Of a stretch of 64,000 nt of DNA, positions 50,091-58,690 are shown in pieces (position 1 is the first letter of the stretch; every line of letters begins with the position of its first letter). The position numbers and the translations under genes are program-made. The notes under the pieces were generated by a model. The model saw only the letters and a list, made by a program, of their open reading frames with translations, ran no database searches and was not told the DNA's origin. This DNA comes from Candidatus Iainarchaeum sp. GTDB taxonomy: Archaea > Iainarchaeota > Iainarchaeia > Iainarchaeales > JAAZKV01. The stretch covers positions 283,280 through 347,279 of the forward strand of contig JAPLVR010000003.1 in assembly GCA_026397015.1 (NCBI GenBank), written 5' to 3'.

Positions 50091-51995
50091 ATGCCTCAGA
50101 AAATTGAAATACTAAAGCATATTGAGGAACAGCTCAAAGAAACCCTGCCGGACAGGTGCGAGGTTTCAAAAATAGAAATGGAAGGGCCCGAAGTTGTAAT
50201 CTATACAAAAAATCCTTCCGCGTTTTTTGGAAACGACAACTTCGTTTCAAAAACGGCGTTCGCACTCAAAAAAAGAATTAACATAAGAACCGATAAAAGC
50301 CTGCTCGGGCCGGAAGAACAAACCAGAAAACAGGTTTTCGAATTGGTGCCGAAGGAAGCCGAGGTGAAGGACATTTATTTCAACGCGCCGTTTTCACAGG
50401 TCGTAATTGAGGCAGTGAAAAAAGGGATTGTAATAGGAAAAGGCGGGGAAATTTCAAAAAAAATAATTATGGAAACCGGCTGGACGCCTGAAATTCTGAG
50501 GGCGCCGACAAGCGATTCGGAAATATTGAAGGGTATAAGAAGGCACCTCCACACGCACTGCGACGAAAGAAAAAAATTCCTGTTAAAAACTGCGGAAGAC
50601 ATTTACACCCGGCCAAGCAAGGCGCAGCATGAATGGGTGAGGTTCAACGCGCTTGGGGGGTTTAGAGAGGTGGGAAGAAGCTGCATGCTGGTTGAAACGC
50701 CGCACACAAGATTGATGATGGATGCGGGAATAAACATGAGCCAGGATGACCCTTATCCTTACCTTGATGCGCTTGGATATCCTCTCACAGAACTTGATGC
50801 TGTTGTGATTTCACACGCGCACATCGACCACTCGGGATTACTGCCTTACCTTTACAGATTGGGATTTGAAGGGCCGACATACTGCACGGAACCGACAAGA
50901 GATTTGATGACGCTGCTGCAATTTGATTACATTGATGTTGGGATTACGAATGAAAAGGAAGCCCCTTTCGGAGAAAGGGACGTGAAAAATGCGTTGCTCC
51001 ACACGATTCCGAGGGATTACAGGGAAGTTACCGACATCGCGCCCGACATGAGATTGACTCTGCACAATGCGGCGCATATTTTAGGTTCAAGTTCCGTGCA
51101 TTTGAACATCGGAGAAGGCGCGCACAACCTTGTTTACAGTGCGGACATAAAATACGGTTTTACAAGATTGTTCAACAATCTTGACATAAAGTATCCGAGA
51201 ATTGAGACGCTTGTAATTGAAAGCACCTACGGTTCAAAGGACGCAATACAAATGCCGAGGGAAATCGCGGAGCAGAAGCTGCTTGAAATAATACAGGAAA
51301 CGACGCAATTCGGCGGCAACGTTTTGATTCCGGTTTTCGGAGTCGGAAGGGGGCAGGAAATCGCGCTTGTAATTGAAAATTTTTACAAGCAGGGAATTTT
51401 AACTGACCAAAACAAAATTTACATTGACGGAATGATAAGAGAAGCTTCTGCAATACACACTGCGTACCCTGAACAATTGAGGAAAAGCCTTGAGAGAAGA
51501 ATACTTACAAACGATTCTCCATTTGATTCGCCGATATTCAAGGTTGCGAAACGCGAGGACAGGGAGAAAATAATTAAGGAAAGCGGGGCGGTAATAATTT
51601 CCACATCGGGAATGATGCAAGGGGGCCCAATAATTGAATATTTTAACGCAATGGCCGAGAACCCGTCAAACACTTTGGTGTTCGTTGGTTATTTGGCTGA
51701 AGGGACGCTTGGAAGGAGAATACAGCAGGGAATGCGAAGCCTGCCGATAATACAGAACGGCAAAACAAAAAAATTGGAAGTTAAAATGAAAATTGAAACG
51801 GTTGACGGATTTTCCGGGCACAGCGACTTCAACCAGCTTTCTGCTTATGTCGGCGCATTGAAGCCGAGCCCGAAAAGAATTTTGGTTGGGCACGGGGACC
51901 CCGCGAGAAGCGTCGAATTTTCGAGGTACCTCGCCGGAAGGTACAAAATCAATTCCACTTCAATCAGAAACCTCGACGCGGTGAGGCTCAAATAA
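50091..51995 (+). CDS. fttA: Beta-CASP ribonuclease aCPSF1 (transcription termination factor FttA)
   Basis: N-terminal KH domains, LGGFREVGRS, SHAHIDHSG, AHILGS, ESTYG and FSGHSD; conserved psmB neighbour. Confidence 0.96.
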   Translation: MPQKIEILKHIEEQLKETLPDRCEVSKIEMEGPEVVIYTKNPSAFFGNDNFVSKTAFALKKRINIRTDKSLLGPEEQTRKQVFELVPKEAEVKDIYFNAPFSQVVIEAVKKGIVIGKGGEISKKIIMETGWTPEILRAPTSDSEILKGIRRHLHTHCDERKKFLLKTAEDIYTRPSKAQHEWVRFNALGGFREVGRSCMLVETPHTRLMMDAGINMSQDDPYPYLDALGYPLTELDAVVISHAHIDHSGLLPYLYRLGFEGPTYCTEPTRDLMTLLQFDYIDVGITNEKEAPFGERDVKNALLHTIPRDYREVTDIAPDMRLTLHNAAHILGSSSVHLNIGEGAHNLVYSADIKYGFTRLFNNLDIKYPRIETLVIESTYGSKDAIQMPREIAEQKLLEIIQETTQFGGNVLIPVFGVGRGQEIALVIENFYKQGILTDQNKIYIDGMIREASAIHTAYPEQLRKSLERRILTNDSPFDSPIFKVAKREDREKIIKESGAVIISTSGMMQGGPIIEYFNAMAENPSNTLVFVGYLAEGTLGRRIQQGMRSLPIIQNGKTKKLEVKMKIETVDGFSGHSDFNQLSAYVGALKPSPKRILVGHGDPARSVEFSRYLAGRYKINSTSIRNLDAVRLK

Positions 51996-52139
51996 TTTTT
52001 GTTTAAAACCCGCTCAAATAACCACAAACAAGTTCAAACTCGAAAAACTGGAAAAAATTTGGGAAATAATCTTTTTCCTTTGGAAATAAACAATTCCCAA
52101 TAACTTTTTGCTTTTTTCGCAACGTTTCTTTAAATTTTT

Positions 52140-52619
52140 TTATTTTTCGTAAATCCTTTGGAGTTTTTCCAGCGCGGCCGAAATTTTTTCCAATTCTTGG
52201 TCGAAAGGGGCTCTGACCCAGGCGTCGAAAGAAGCGGAAAGCGACCCCCTTTTTTCGGAATAAGGGTTTGGGTTTATCGAGTAGCGGTTTTTCTTCCGCT
52301 GAATTATTCCCAAATCAACAAGCCGATTCAGATGATACCTTATAAGTTTCTCGCTCACCACAAAAGAATACTTTTTCTTAATTGACGCTTGAACATCAAG
52401 CGTTGTCGGCTTTTCCTTTTTCTTGAAAAGCAGCGAAAAAAGGGAGTCGAAAATTATTATCGCCTTGTCCCTGCTTTCCTTCGGAGAAATTAAGCCGAGG
52501 GAGAGGGAACACCAGCGGAGTAGGGACTTTTTTGTGAGCGTAACTGATTGCGGTAGGTCGAGCTGGCGCAAAATAATTTCCTTTCTAATATATTCCGCCT
52601 CGGGAATCACCTGTGCCAT
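52140..52619 (-). CDS. Winged-helix protein, paralog of 8629-9168
   Basis: LRWCSLSLGLISP.E and IRYHLNRLVDLGIIQR align with LAWICSSLGFFEP.D and TINHLNRLLKSGLIEK. Confidence 0.78.
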   Translation of the reverse strand: MAQVIPEAEYIRKEIILRQLDLPQSVTLTKKSLLRWCSLSLGLISPKESRDKAIIIFDSLFSLLFKKKEKPTTLDVQASIKKKYSFVVSEKLIRYHLNRLVDLGIIQRKKNRYSINPNPYSEKRGSLSASFDAWVRAPFDQELEKISAALEKLQRIYEK

Positions 52620-52738
52620 TATCCAAATAGAGCTGAAGAAGTTAAAAAACTATGGAAAAAGAGTTTTTCCTTAAATAATAAATTGTTCTAAAAATATTAA
52701 ACGCCGACTGAAAATTTTTACAAACAATAATCAAATCG

Positions 52739-53869
52739 TCAATTTTCTAAACGGACACACCGAGCACCGTAGGTGCCGCCATCGCTCTTACTGCCGAAGC
52801 CAAGGGTGCCGCCATTACTGGAATACAATCTGAACGCGCTGCCCGGACTCGACGGAACACTCGTACTAGACCAATAAAAAATACAACCGGTAAACCCGGA
52901 ATAACAAGTGCCTGTCTGATTATCATATATCAACCCAATCTCAATCTTAGTAGGCAAATGCCAATCATCATAACCAGCCAAAGACAAATTATTACAATAA
53001 TCCAAAGCACCCTGCCAAGTAACCGTAGAACCACTACTGCCTTTTTGCCACATCAAACCACTACTCAAATCACTCAAAGTAAAATTATCACTATTAACCC
53101 TCCAAACCCTCGCATAACTAGCACCATAAATATTACCATCCTCGCCAGTACCACTACAAGACCTAGGAGCACCGCCAGTATCCCAACAACCAGTCTGGCC
53201 AGTCATAGTTTGATAAAAAGAACCATTAAAACCAAAAATACTTGTTCCTAATTTAATCCTACTAGCCCTCAAATCAGGATCAACTGTACTCAAAGTATTC
53301 GCATCATAATAACCAGCACTCAAAACCGCAGAAGAAGGACTCAAATACTGAGTCGGCAAAGAACCATGCAACAAAGTACTAGAATTACCATAAAAACTAT
53401 ACCCGCTCAAAACCTTATCCACAACAGCATTACCATCATAACTACAAGAACCACCTTCTACCAAAGAACCATCAACACCAAAAATATTTACCCCTGATTT
53501 AATGTTTCCAACAACCAAATCAGGATCAACTGTATTCAAAGCAGTTGCGTCATAACAACCAGCCGAAACATTTGTTGAAAGAGGATTCAAAGTTTGCGGA
53601 CCACCACTGCAACTCGAACCACAACTACCCGGAACATTCCCTTTACATGAAACAGGATTTATTACTTCACAATTCGAGTCACTTGTCGGGCTGTCATAGC
53701 TGCAACTCTCAAAGCATTTTAATTTATCCAGTTCACTAGTTACCTCTTCTGGCTTTGGATTCGCAGAACTCCCAATACCCACTATCACTGCAATAACTAT
53801 TGCTGCAACCACCACTGCCGCGCCAATTATCAGAAGGTATTCCACTGCCCCCTGCCCTTTTCTTCCCAT
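52739..53869 (-). CDS. Class III signal peptide (pilin-like) protein with C-terminal DUF1566/Lcl (CLec-fold) domain; probable DGR target
   Basis: KGQG/AVEY plus hydrophobic helix; TGQTGC, D..SGLMWQ, W..A..YC..L.LAGYDDW.LPT..E, YWSST and ARCVR. Confidence 0.9.
   Translation of the reverse strand: MGRKGQGAVEYLLIIGAAVVVAAIVIAVIVGIGSSANPKPEEVTSELDKLKCFESCSYDSPTSDSNCEVINPVSCKGNVPGSCGSSCSGGPQTLNPLSTNVSAGCYDATALNTVDPDLVVGNIKSGVNIFGVDGSLVEGGSCSYDGNAVVDKVLSGYSFYGNSSTLLHGSLPTQYLSPSSAVLSAGYYDANTLSTVDPDLRASRIKLGTSIFGFNGSFYQTMTGQTGCWDTGGAPRSCSGTGEDGNIYGASYARVWRVNSDNFTLSDLSSGLMWQKGSSGSTVTWQGALDYCNNLSLAGYDDWHLPTKIEIGLIYDNQTGTCYSGFTGCIFYWSSTSVPSSPGSAFRLYSSNGGTLGFGSKSDGGTYGARCVRLEN
52751..52873 (-). other. 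Putative DGR variable region (VR)
   Basis: Codons between WSST and RCVR are mostly NNC/NNT (GGC x7, AGC, AGT, TTC, TCC, ACC, TAC, GAT, AAT), as expected from mutated AAC/AAT template codons. Confidence 0.6.
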
Positions 53870-53890
53870 AAAAATCATAACTATGTCCAA

Positions 53891-53938
53891 AAAGCAATAC
53901 TCGAAGTAACATTTAAAGTAATATTTGAAGTAATATTT
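53891..53938. repeat. Four 12-bp tandem repeats upstream of the DUF1566 pilin-like gene
   Basis: AAAGCAATACTC / GAAGTAACATTT / AAAGTAATATTT / GAAGTAATATTT. Confidence 0.75.
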
Positions 53939-53990
53939 AACACTTGCTATTGTAATTCAACGCCGGCTTTCGAATGTAAGCCCGATTGAT

Positions 53991-55634
53991 TTAAGTGAGG
54001 ATAAAATTAGTGAAACCCATTTTTATCAGCAGTTTTTCAACCGGAATCCTGAACTCGGCGAGGCACTCTTCCGAATAGTCGAAGCCGAGCTGCATCTTGT
54101 ATGTGCAATCCGAATTTCGCTGGCATTCGTCAATTGTGATGTACTTGAACATGGAACCCTGCGGAATGCGGGCGCGCAGTTCCGAAAGGGAAAATTTGTC
54201 GTTAGTTATTATCTTTATTTCTTTGGGGAGGGAGAAGAAATCGCATTCGAATTTCCACTTTATCGCGTACTGCATCGCCTTAATGTTGTTCGGCCAGGTG
54301 CTCACCTGCGCCAAAGTTGTTTCTTCTTTTGCCTCAATGAGAATCATTTCCTTTGAATCGCCAATTACCTTGAATTTGCTGAAATCCCTCAGCGCGTCAG
54401 GGGTAACATAAAATCTGTCGCCTTTTTTTATTGGCGCAGTCATTTCTTCGAAAGGGCCTATGTAATTCCTTTTGAAAAAAACATTGAGGAAGAAAATCAT
54501 TGAAATGAAAAAAATTAACAGAAAAATAACTGCTAAAAATCGCTTCCAATTTTCTTTCAATAAAACAAAAATAAAGTTTTTCTTTTTTTCACCTTTCTTT
54601 TTCTTCGCATTCAACCCCTCAAGTCCATACTTTATTTTTTGAATTAAATAAATCAAAAAGTAGGGAATGAGGGCGAAAGTGAGGAAACCCGAAAAAATAA
54701 TTAAGTTCATAATTACGCCGGTAATCATCAGGTCAAACGGGTAACCGCCACTAATGAGGTAAATTGTCGCTGGAATTAGGTTGAAAATAAAGGTTGGAAG
54801 AAAACAAAATTTGAAGTAATTTTTAACCGGCGAGAAAATTGTTTTTGGGTTTCCTAAGAGAAGATAGAGGAAGAAGGGCGCGCCCACGAGGAAGTCTTCG
54901 GTGAAGATACCGCCGTCGATGATTGTTTTTGTGACAAGGAAAAAGGCGCACACGAAAAGCCATGTTAAAGGAAACAAAATTTCTTTCGGCCATTTTTTTA
55001 CGAACCTCGAAAACAAGAAAATGCTGCATAATAAAAAGGCGGCGTAAAAAATGAATGCGAGGAACCACACGGGAAAAAACCATTGTGGCATGAAATCGAC
55101 CAGCGCCAAATCCAAGCCGTAAAAGTTTTCGATTCCGGGGAAAAGTATTTTCAACGGGAGAAGGAGGGGCTTCATCACGTGATTATGCGTCATGCTGGTG
55201 ACGCTTAGAACGGGTGCGTTTGTGGAATAAACCAAATACGAAAGCGTAAAAGGGGAAAGATTATTGTAGTCGGAATAAACCATGAATGAAAAGATGTTCA
55301 GGAAACCCAAAACAACTAGCAGCAGAACAACGAGAAAACTCAGGAACGCGATTCTTTTTTCCAAAACTTCTTTCATGCCTTCCAATTTTTCAAAAAAAGA
55401 AAAAAATTTTATGGGCTTTGAACCAATTTTTCGATTTGTTTTGATTTTTTGTTTTTGTTGCGCGCGGAAAACAATAAAAAAACAAATCCCAAAAATTACC
55501 AAAAATAAAAGGACCTTTGAATTTGAATAGGCTTTGAAAAAACCCATTCCTGCAATGCGATACCACAAATCGAAAGGGGAAACAAACGCAAGCGCGAACA
55601 AGGCAAGCAACACGGCGAAAAACAGCCACATCAT
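53991..55634 (-). CDS. Polytopic membrane protein (about 10 TM plus C-terminal soluble domain)
   Basis: Phe-rich TM segments; loop motifs HNHVMK and KTIIDGGIF; function not recognised. Confidence 0.78.
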   Translation of the reverse strand: MMWLFFAVLLALFALAFVSPFDLWYRIAGMGFFKAYSNSKVLLFLVIFGICFFIVFRAQQKQKIKTNRKIGSKPIKFFSFFEKLEGMKEVLEKRIAFLSFLVVLLLVVLGFLNIFSFMVYSDYNNLSPFTLSYLVYSTNAPVLSVTSMTHNHVMKPLLLPLKILFPGIENFYGLDLALVDFMPQWFFPVWFLAFIFYAAFLLCSIFLFSRFVKKWPKEILFPLTWLFVCAFFLVTKTIIDGGIFTEDFLVGAPFFLYLLLGNPKTIFSPVKNYFKFCFLPTFIFNLIPATIYLISGGYPFDLMITGVIMNLIIFSGFLTFALIPYFLIYLIQKIKYGLEGLNAKKKKGEKKKNFIFVLLKENWKRFLAVIFLLIFFISMIFFLNVFFKRNYIGPFEEMTAPIKKGDRFYVTPDALRDFSKFKVIGDSKEMILIEAKEETTLAQVSTWPNNIKAMQYAIKWKFECDFFSLPKEIKIITNDKFSLSELRARIPQGSMFKYITIDECQRNSDCTYKMQLGFDYSEECLAEFRIPVEKLLIKMGFTNFILT

Positions 55635-55755
55635 GCAACACCAAAAAATGCGAAGGATTAAAAAAGCAGAGAGAAACCGCGCAACCCGCTATTAAAACAA
55701 GCGGTGCATGAAACAAAAATCCGGCTCAACAAAAACAACACCCCGCCAATACACA

Positions 55756-57756
55756 TCAACAATCAGGACACCAGCCACATTCACAACCATCAGTATCACC
55801 ACACCCCGGGCGGCGCAAATAATTAAAACCACCAGAATAGCCGGTGTTGCTGTAACAATACACGCCCTTGCCTATCTGATTGGAATCTGTGCTGGTCATC
55901 GTGCTGCCGGCAGGCGTGTAATAAAACTTTGCTGTAACCGCACGCCGCGCATTATCCACACAGGGGAAAATCAGCCCACTACTCTTACCCATCCTATCCA
56001 TCAAAAGCCCGGTGGTTTCCTCGGAATTAATATTAATATCCGGCGGGTCACGCGTGCATTTGTAATCATAATTCATATCCCCATTGCCAGTAGTTGCATC
56101 CCAACTAGCATAAGTAACGGTAGGCGCCTTCATCAAACCTTTCCAAGCCCCGCAAACATTACAACCCTCCCCACTCGGCCCAGTAGCCCTGATGCTCCCG
56201 TCATACATCCCGACCTGATTACCGTTAATATCCATCTTATTAACCTGCACCATGCTGTTAGAAATGTTCTTTATCAAGAACTGGATAATGCTGCCACTTT
56301 GGACACTTGGTAAAGAATTATAATCAATCCCGACCGCAGAAAAAATATGGAACGGCCAAAACTTCGCAGGGAAATAAAAAAAATCAGGGTCCTGAATATA
56401 ATCAAACGCACCCTCATAACCGTTGCCCGAATACCGACTCTCCTTGCATGGAATATTAACATCGTCAAAAAACTGGGAAGAACCATCGGCGAAAACAAAA
56501 TTAATATCAAGAACCTTCCAATAATTACCCCAAGAACCGATGCACCAGTCAGGCCAAGCGTCATCACTGAAAATCCCAATAGTCGCACCCGCGGAAACAT
56601 AAGCCCTCGGCGGCAACGAGGTGCACGCAAACTGGCCATTAAGGTCCCCACCAGTAATATTCGAATCCTTGGGAGAAGCCCCCTGCAAATACGATAAATT
56701 AATCACCTTACCCAAACTATCGGGCAACGAACTACCACAACCACCTGTCTTCGGATCTGAAACAGAATCTGAAATTTTATAATTCTGTGTCACAGTGCAG
56801 GAAGTGGAAGTTGCATTGCACATGTTGCCACTAGTCCCAGTCTTACCACCGCAGCTAGTGGTGCAGCCGGTGGTCCCTGTAACCTTAATCGAGGAGATAT
56901 TCTTGTCAACCCCGGAATTATTTTTGACAACATAGGCCATCGTTCTGGAAGAGCCCCAGTTGGTGTCCTCCGAAGTCGCAGCAATATCATGACCAGTAAG
57001 CTCAATCGCCATCAAACTCAATGGCGAACCGCACTGCGATAAGAAACTGCAATCCGAATCGTCACAATCAACACCATCATCGCAATCATTATCTATATCG
57101 TCAGAACAAAGGACCCAGGTATTCTCCGCGGCATCAGGATGAATGCTGGCGCTGGAATCATTGCAATCGGTGCTGTTTGTAACATAACCCGCTGGAGGAG
57201 TGGCGGAAGTTGAAGTAATCGAATTGGAATCTTCACCATAAGTATCGCCATCTTTATCACCGTAGTATGCGAAGGGGGCCTGGTCGGTGGTGCCGGTAAC
57301 ATCAGTTGCGCACCCAACATAAACAGGGGTTATTCCCATGAAAGAATGAACCAACTCGTAAGCATCAATGTAATTTATGGTAATACGATACTCCTCTGAA
57401 GTGCCGGTGCAGGGAACGAGGTTAGACAAATTGATGTTTGCCTCCTCGCTGGGATAGAGAACCTTATCTGTTATATCAATAGCGTTGCCGTTAATCACCA
57501 AAGAAGTTAAAGTTATTCTGGTGTCGGTTTTGTTCTCGAACTTCAGAATGCCGTCTCCATTTGAATCAACCGCCACGCCCTTCAAGGCAATCCCCTGAAT
57601 CAGCCAATAGGCTTCACTCTGAGCCTTGGTTATTGTCATGGCAGAATCGGGAAAACTCGAAATAATTGAAACAGCTACAAGGCCGAGGACGACGATGATT
57701 GCGAGCAAAATGATGTACTCTATGGCGCCCTGCCCTTTTTTTTCAATTCGAAACAT
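55756..57756 (-). CDS. Class III signal peptide (pilin-like) Cys-rich protein with MopE-like metal-binding repeat
   Basis: KGQG/AIEY plus hydrophobic helix; YYGDKDGDTYG..DCNDSSASIHPDAAE..C.DDIDNDCD.GVDCDDSDC. Confidence 0.88.
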   Translation of the reverse strand: MFRIEKKGQGAIEYIILLAIIVVLGLVAVSIISSFPDSAMTITKAQSEAYWLIQGIALKGVAVDSNGDGILKFENKTDTRITLTSLVINGNAIDITDKVLYPSEEANINLSNLVPCTGTSEEYRITINYIDAYELVHSFMGITPVYVGCATDVTGTTDQAPFAYYGDKDGDTYGEDSNSITSTSATPPAGYVTNSTDCNDSSASIHPDAAENTWVLCSDDIDNDCDDGVDCDDSDCSFLSQCGSPLSLMAIELTGHDIAATSEDTNWGSSRTMAYVVKNNSGVDKNISSIKVTGTTGCTTSCGGKTGTSGNMCNATSTSCTVTQNYKISDSVSDPKTGGCGSSLPDSLGKVINLSYLQGASPKDSNITGGDLNGQFACTSLPPRAYVSAGATIGIFSDDAWPDWCIGSWGNYWKVLDINFVFADGSSQFFDDVNIPCKESRYSGNGYEGAFDYIQDPDFFYFPAKFWPFHIFSAVGIDYNSLPSVQSGSIIQFLIKNISNSMVQVNKMDINGNQVGMYDGSIRATGPSGEGCNVCGAWKGLMKAPTVTYASWDATTGNGDMNYDYKCTRDPPDININSEETTGLLMDRMGKSSGLIFPCVDNARRAVTAKFYYTPAGSTMTSTDSNQIGKGVYCYSNTGYSGGFNYLRRPGCGDTDGCECGWCPDC

Positions 57757-57891
57757 AAAAAAAATAACCCGTACGACTAATTCGGAGTATATCATTAAGA
57801 ACAAAAATAGTATTTAATACTTGTGGTGGATGCCGGCATTTGAAATGGTGGAAAAAATAAAAAATGCTGAATAATCAGGAGGGAATTATAA

Positions 57892-58584
57892 TTAAGCGGG
57901 GCTGGTTGAAAATGGGCTGAAAATGTCTGCATATGCGGAACCCGTTGACTGAACACAATTAATGTACAAATCTTTTGTCCCTGTTTGAGTGTTGGAGAGA
58001 TTGTTTGAACTTGTGTAATTTATTGTGAGTGCCATAGTGGCCGCTGAACCAGGGACGCATGCCGTGAGCGAACACGCATTGAAAAGGGATACCCCTGCAG
58101 TTTCCCCCATTTGAAGAATAATATCTGGTGCAATCACAGAATTCCTGTTAGTCAAATCAAGCAAATATGTTCCATTTGCTCCGCCGGGCACGGCCTTTAT
58201 AAGATGATCATTCCAATCGCCGACCCCTCCTTCATGATGAGCGCTTGTTATTGCGCTGCCGCCCGCGAGGGTTATAGAGTCAATCGTTATTTTTTCCGCA
58301 CCGTTATTCCTTATTATCAACCCGAATGACATGGGTGAAGAACAATTTGCGCCCCAGTTCGCATCTTCATAACCGGAAGGCGCTATGTTCATCTGTGCCC
58401 CCAAAACTGCCACGGGGTAAGACGACATCCAGTATTGCGCGCTCGCATTCTGCGTAATCTGCTGGCTGGAACCGGAAAAGCCTGCGATGATGGACACCAC
58501 GACAAGCGCGATTACAACGATGATTGCAAGCATCACTATGTATTCGATCGTGCCCTGCGCGCGCCCGGAAAAAAAAGCCTTCAT
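57892..58584 (-). CDS. Class III signal peptide type IV pilin-like protein
   Basis: RAQG/TIEY plus hydrophobic helix and a single ~190-aa beta-rich domain. Confidence 0.88.
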   Translation of the reverse strand: MKAFFSGRAQGTIEYIVMLAIIVVIALVVVSIIAGFSGSSQQITQNASAQYWMSSYPVAVLGAQMNIAPSGYEDANWGANCSSPMSFGLIIRNNGAEKITIDSITLAGGSAITSAHHEGGVGDWNDHLIKAVPGGANGTYLLDLTNRNSVIAPDIILQMGETAGVSLFNACSLTACVPGSAATMALTINYTSSNNLSNTQTGTKDLYINCVQSTGSAYADIFSPFSTSPA

Positions 58585-58690
58585 GGTCCAGATAAGTAAT
58601 TCAACTTAGTATAAAAATGTTCCTGTCATCTTTCGCCTTGGAAACCGATGTGCAAAGGCAAGGGATTTAATTTTATTCGAATCAATCTTA

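Noticed and set aside
52680-52738. DGR-type hairpin downstream of the putative VR
   Set aside because: Only weak A/T palindromes are present; no convincing GC stem-loop
55708-56697. Plus-strand ORFs 55708-56313 and 56347-56697 (also 46080-46730 and 52958-53251)
   Set aside because: Antisense shadows of pilin-like genes, caused by the G/T-biased coding strand; Ile/Thr/Asn/Pro-rich with no motifs
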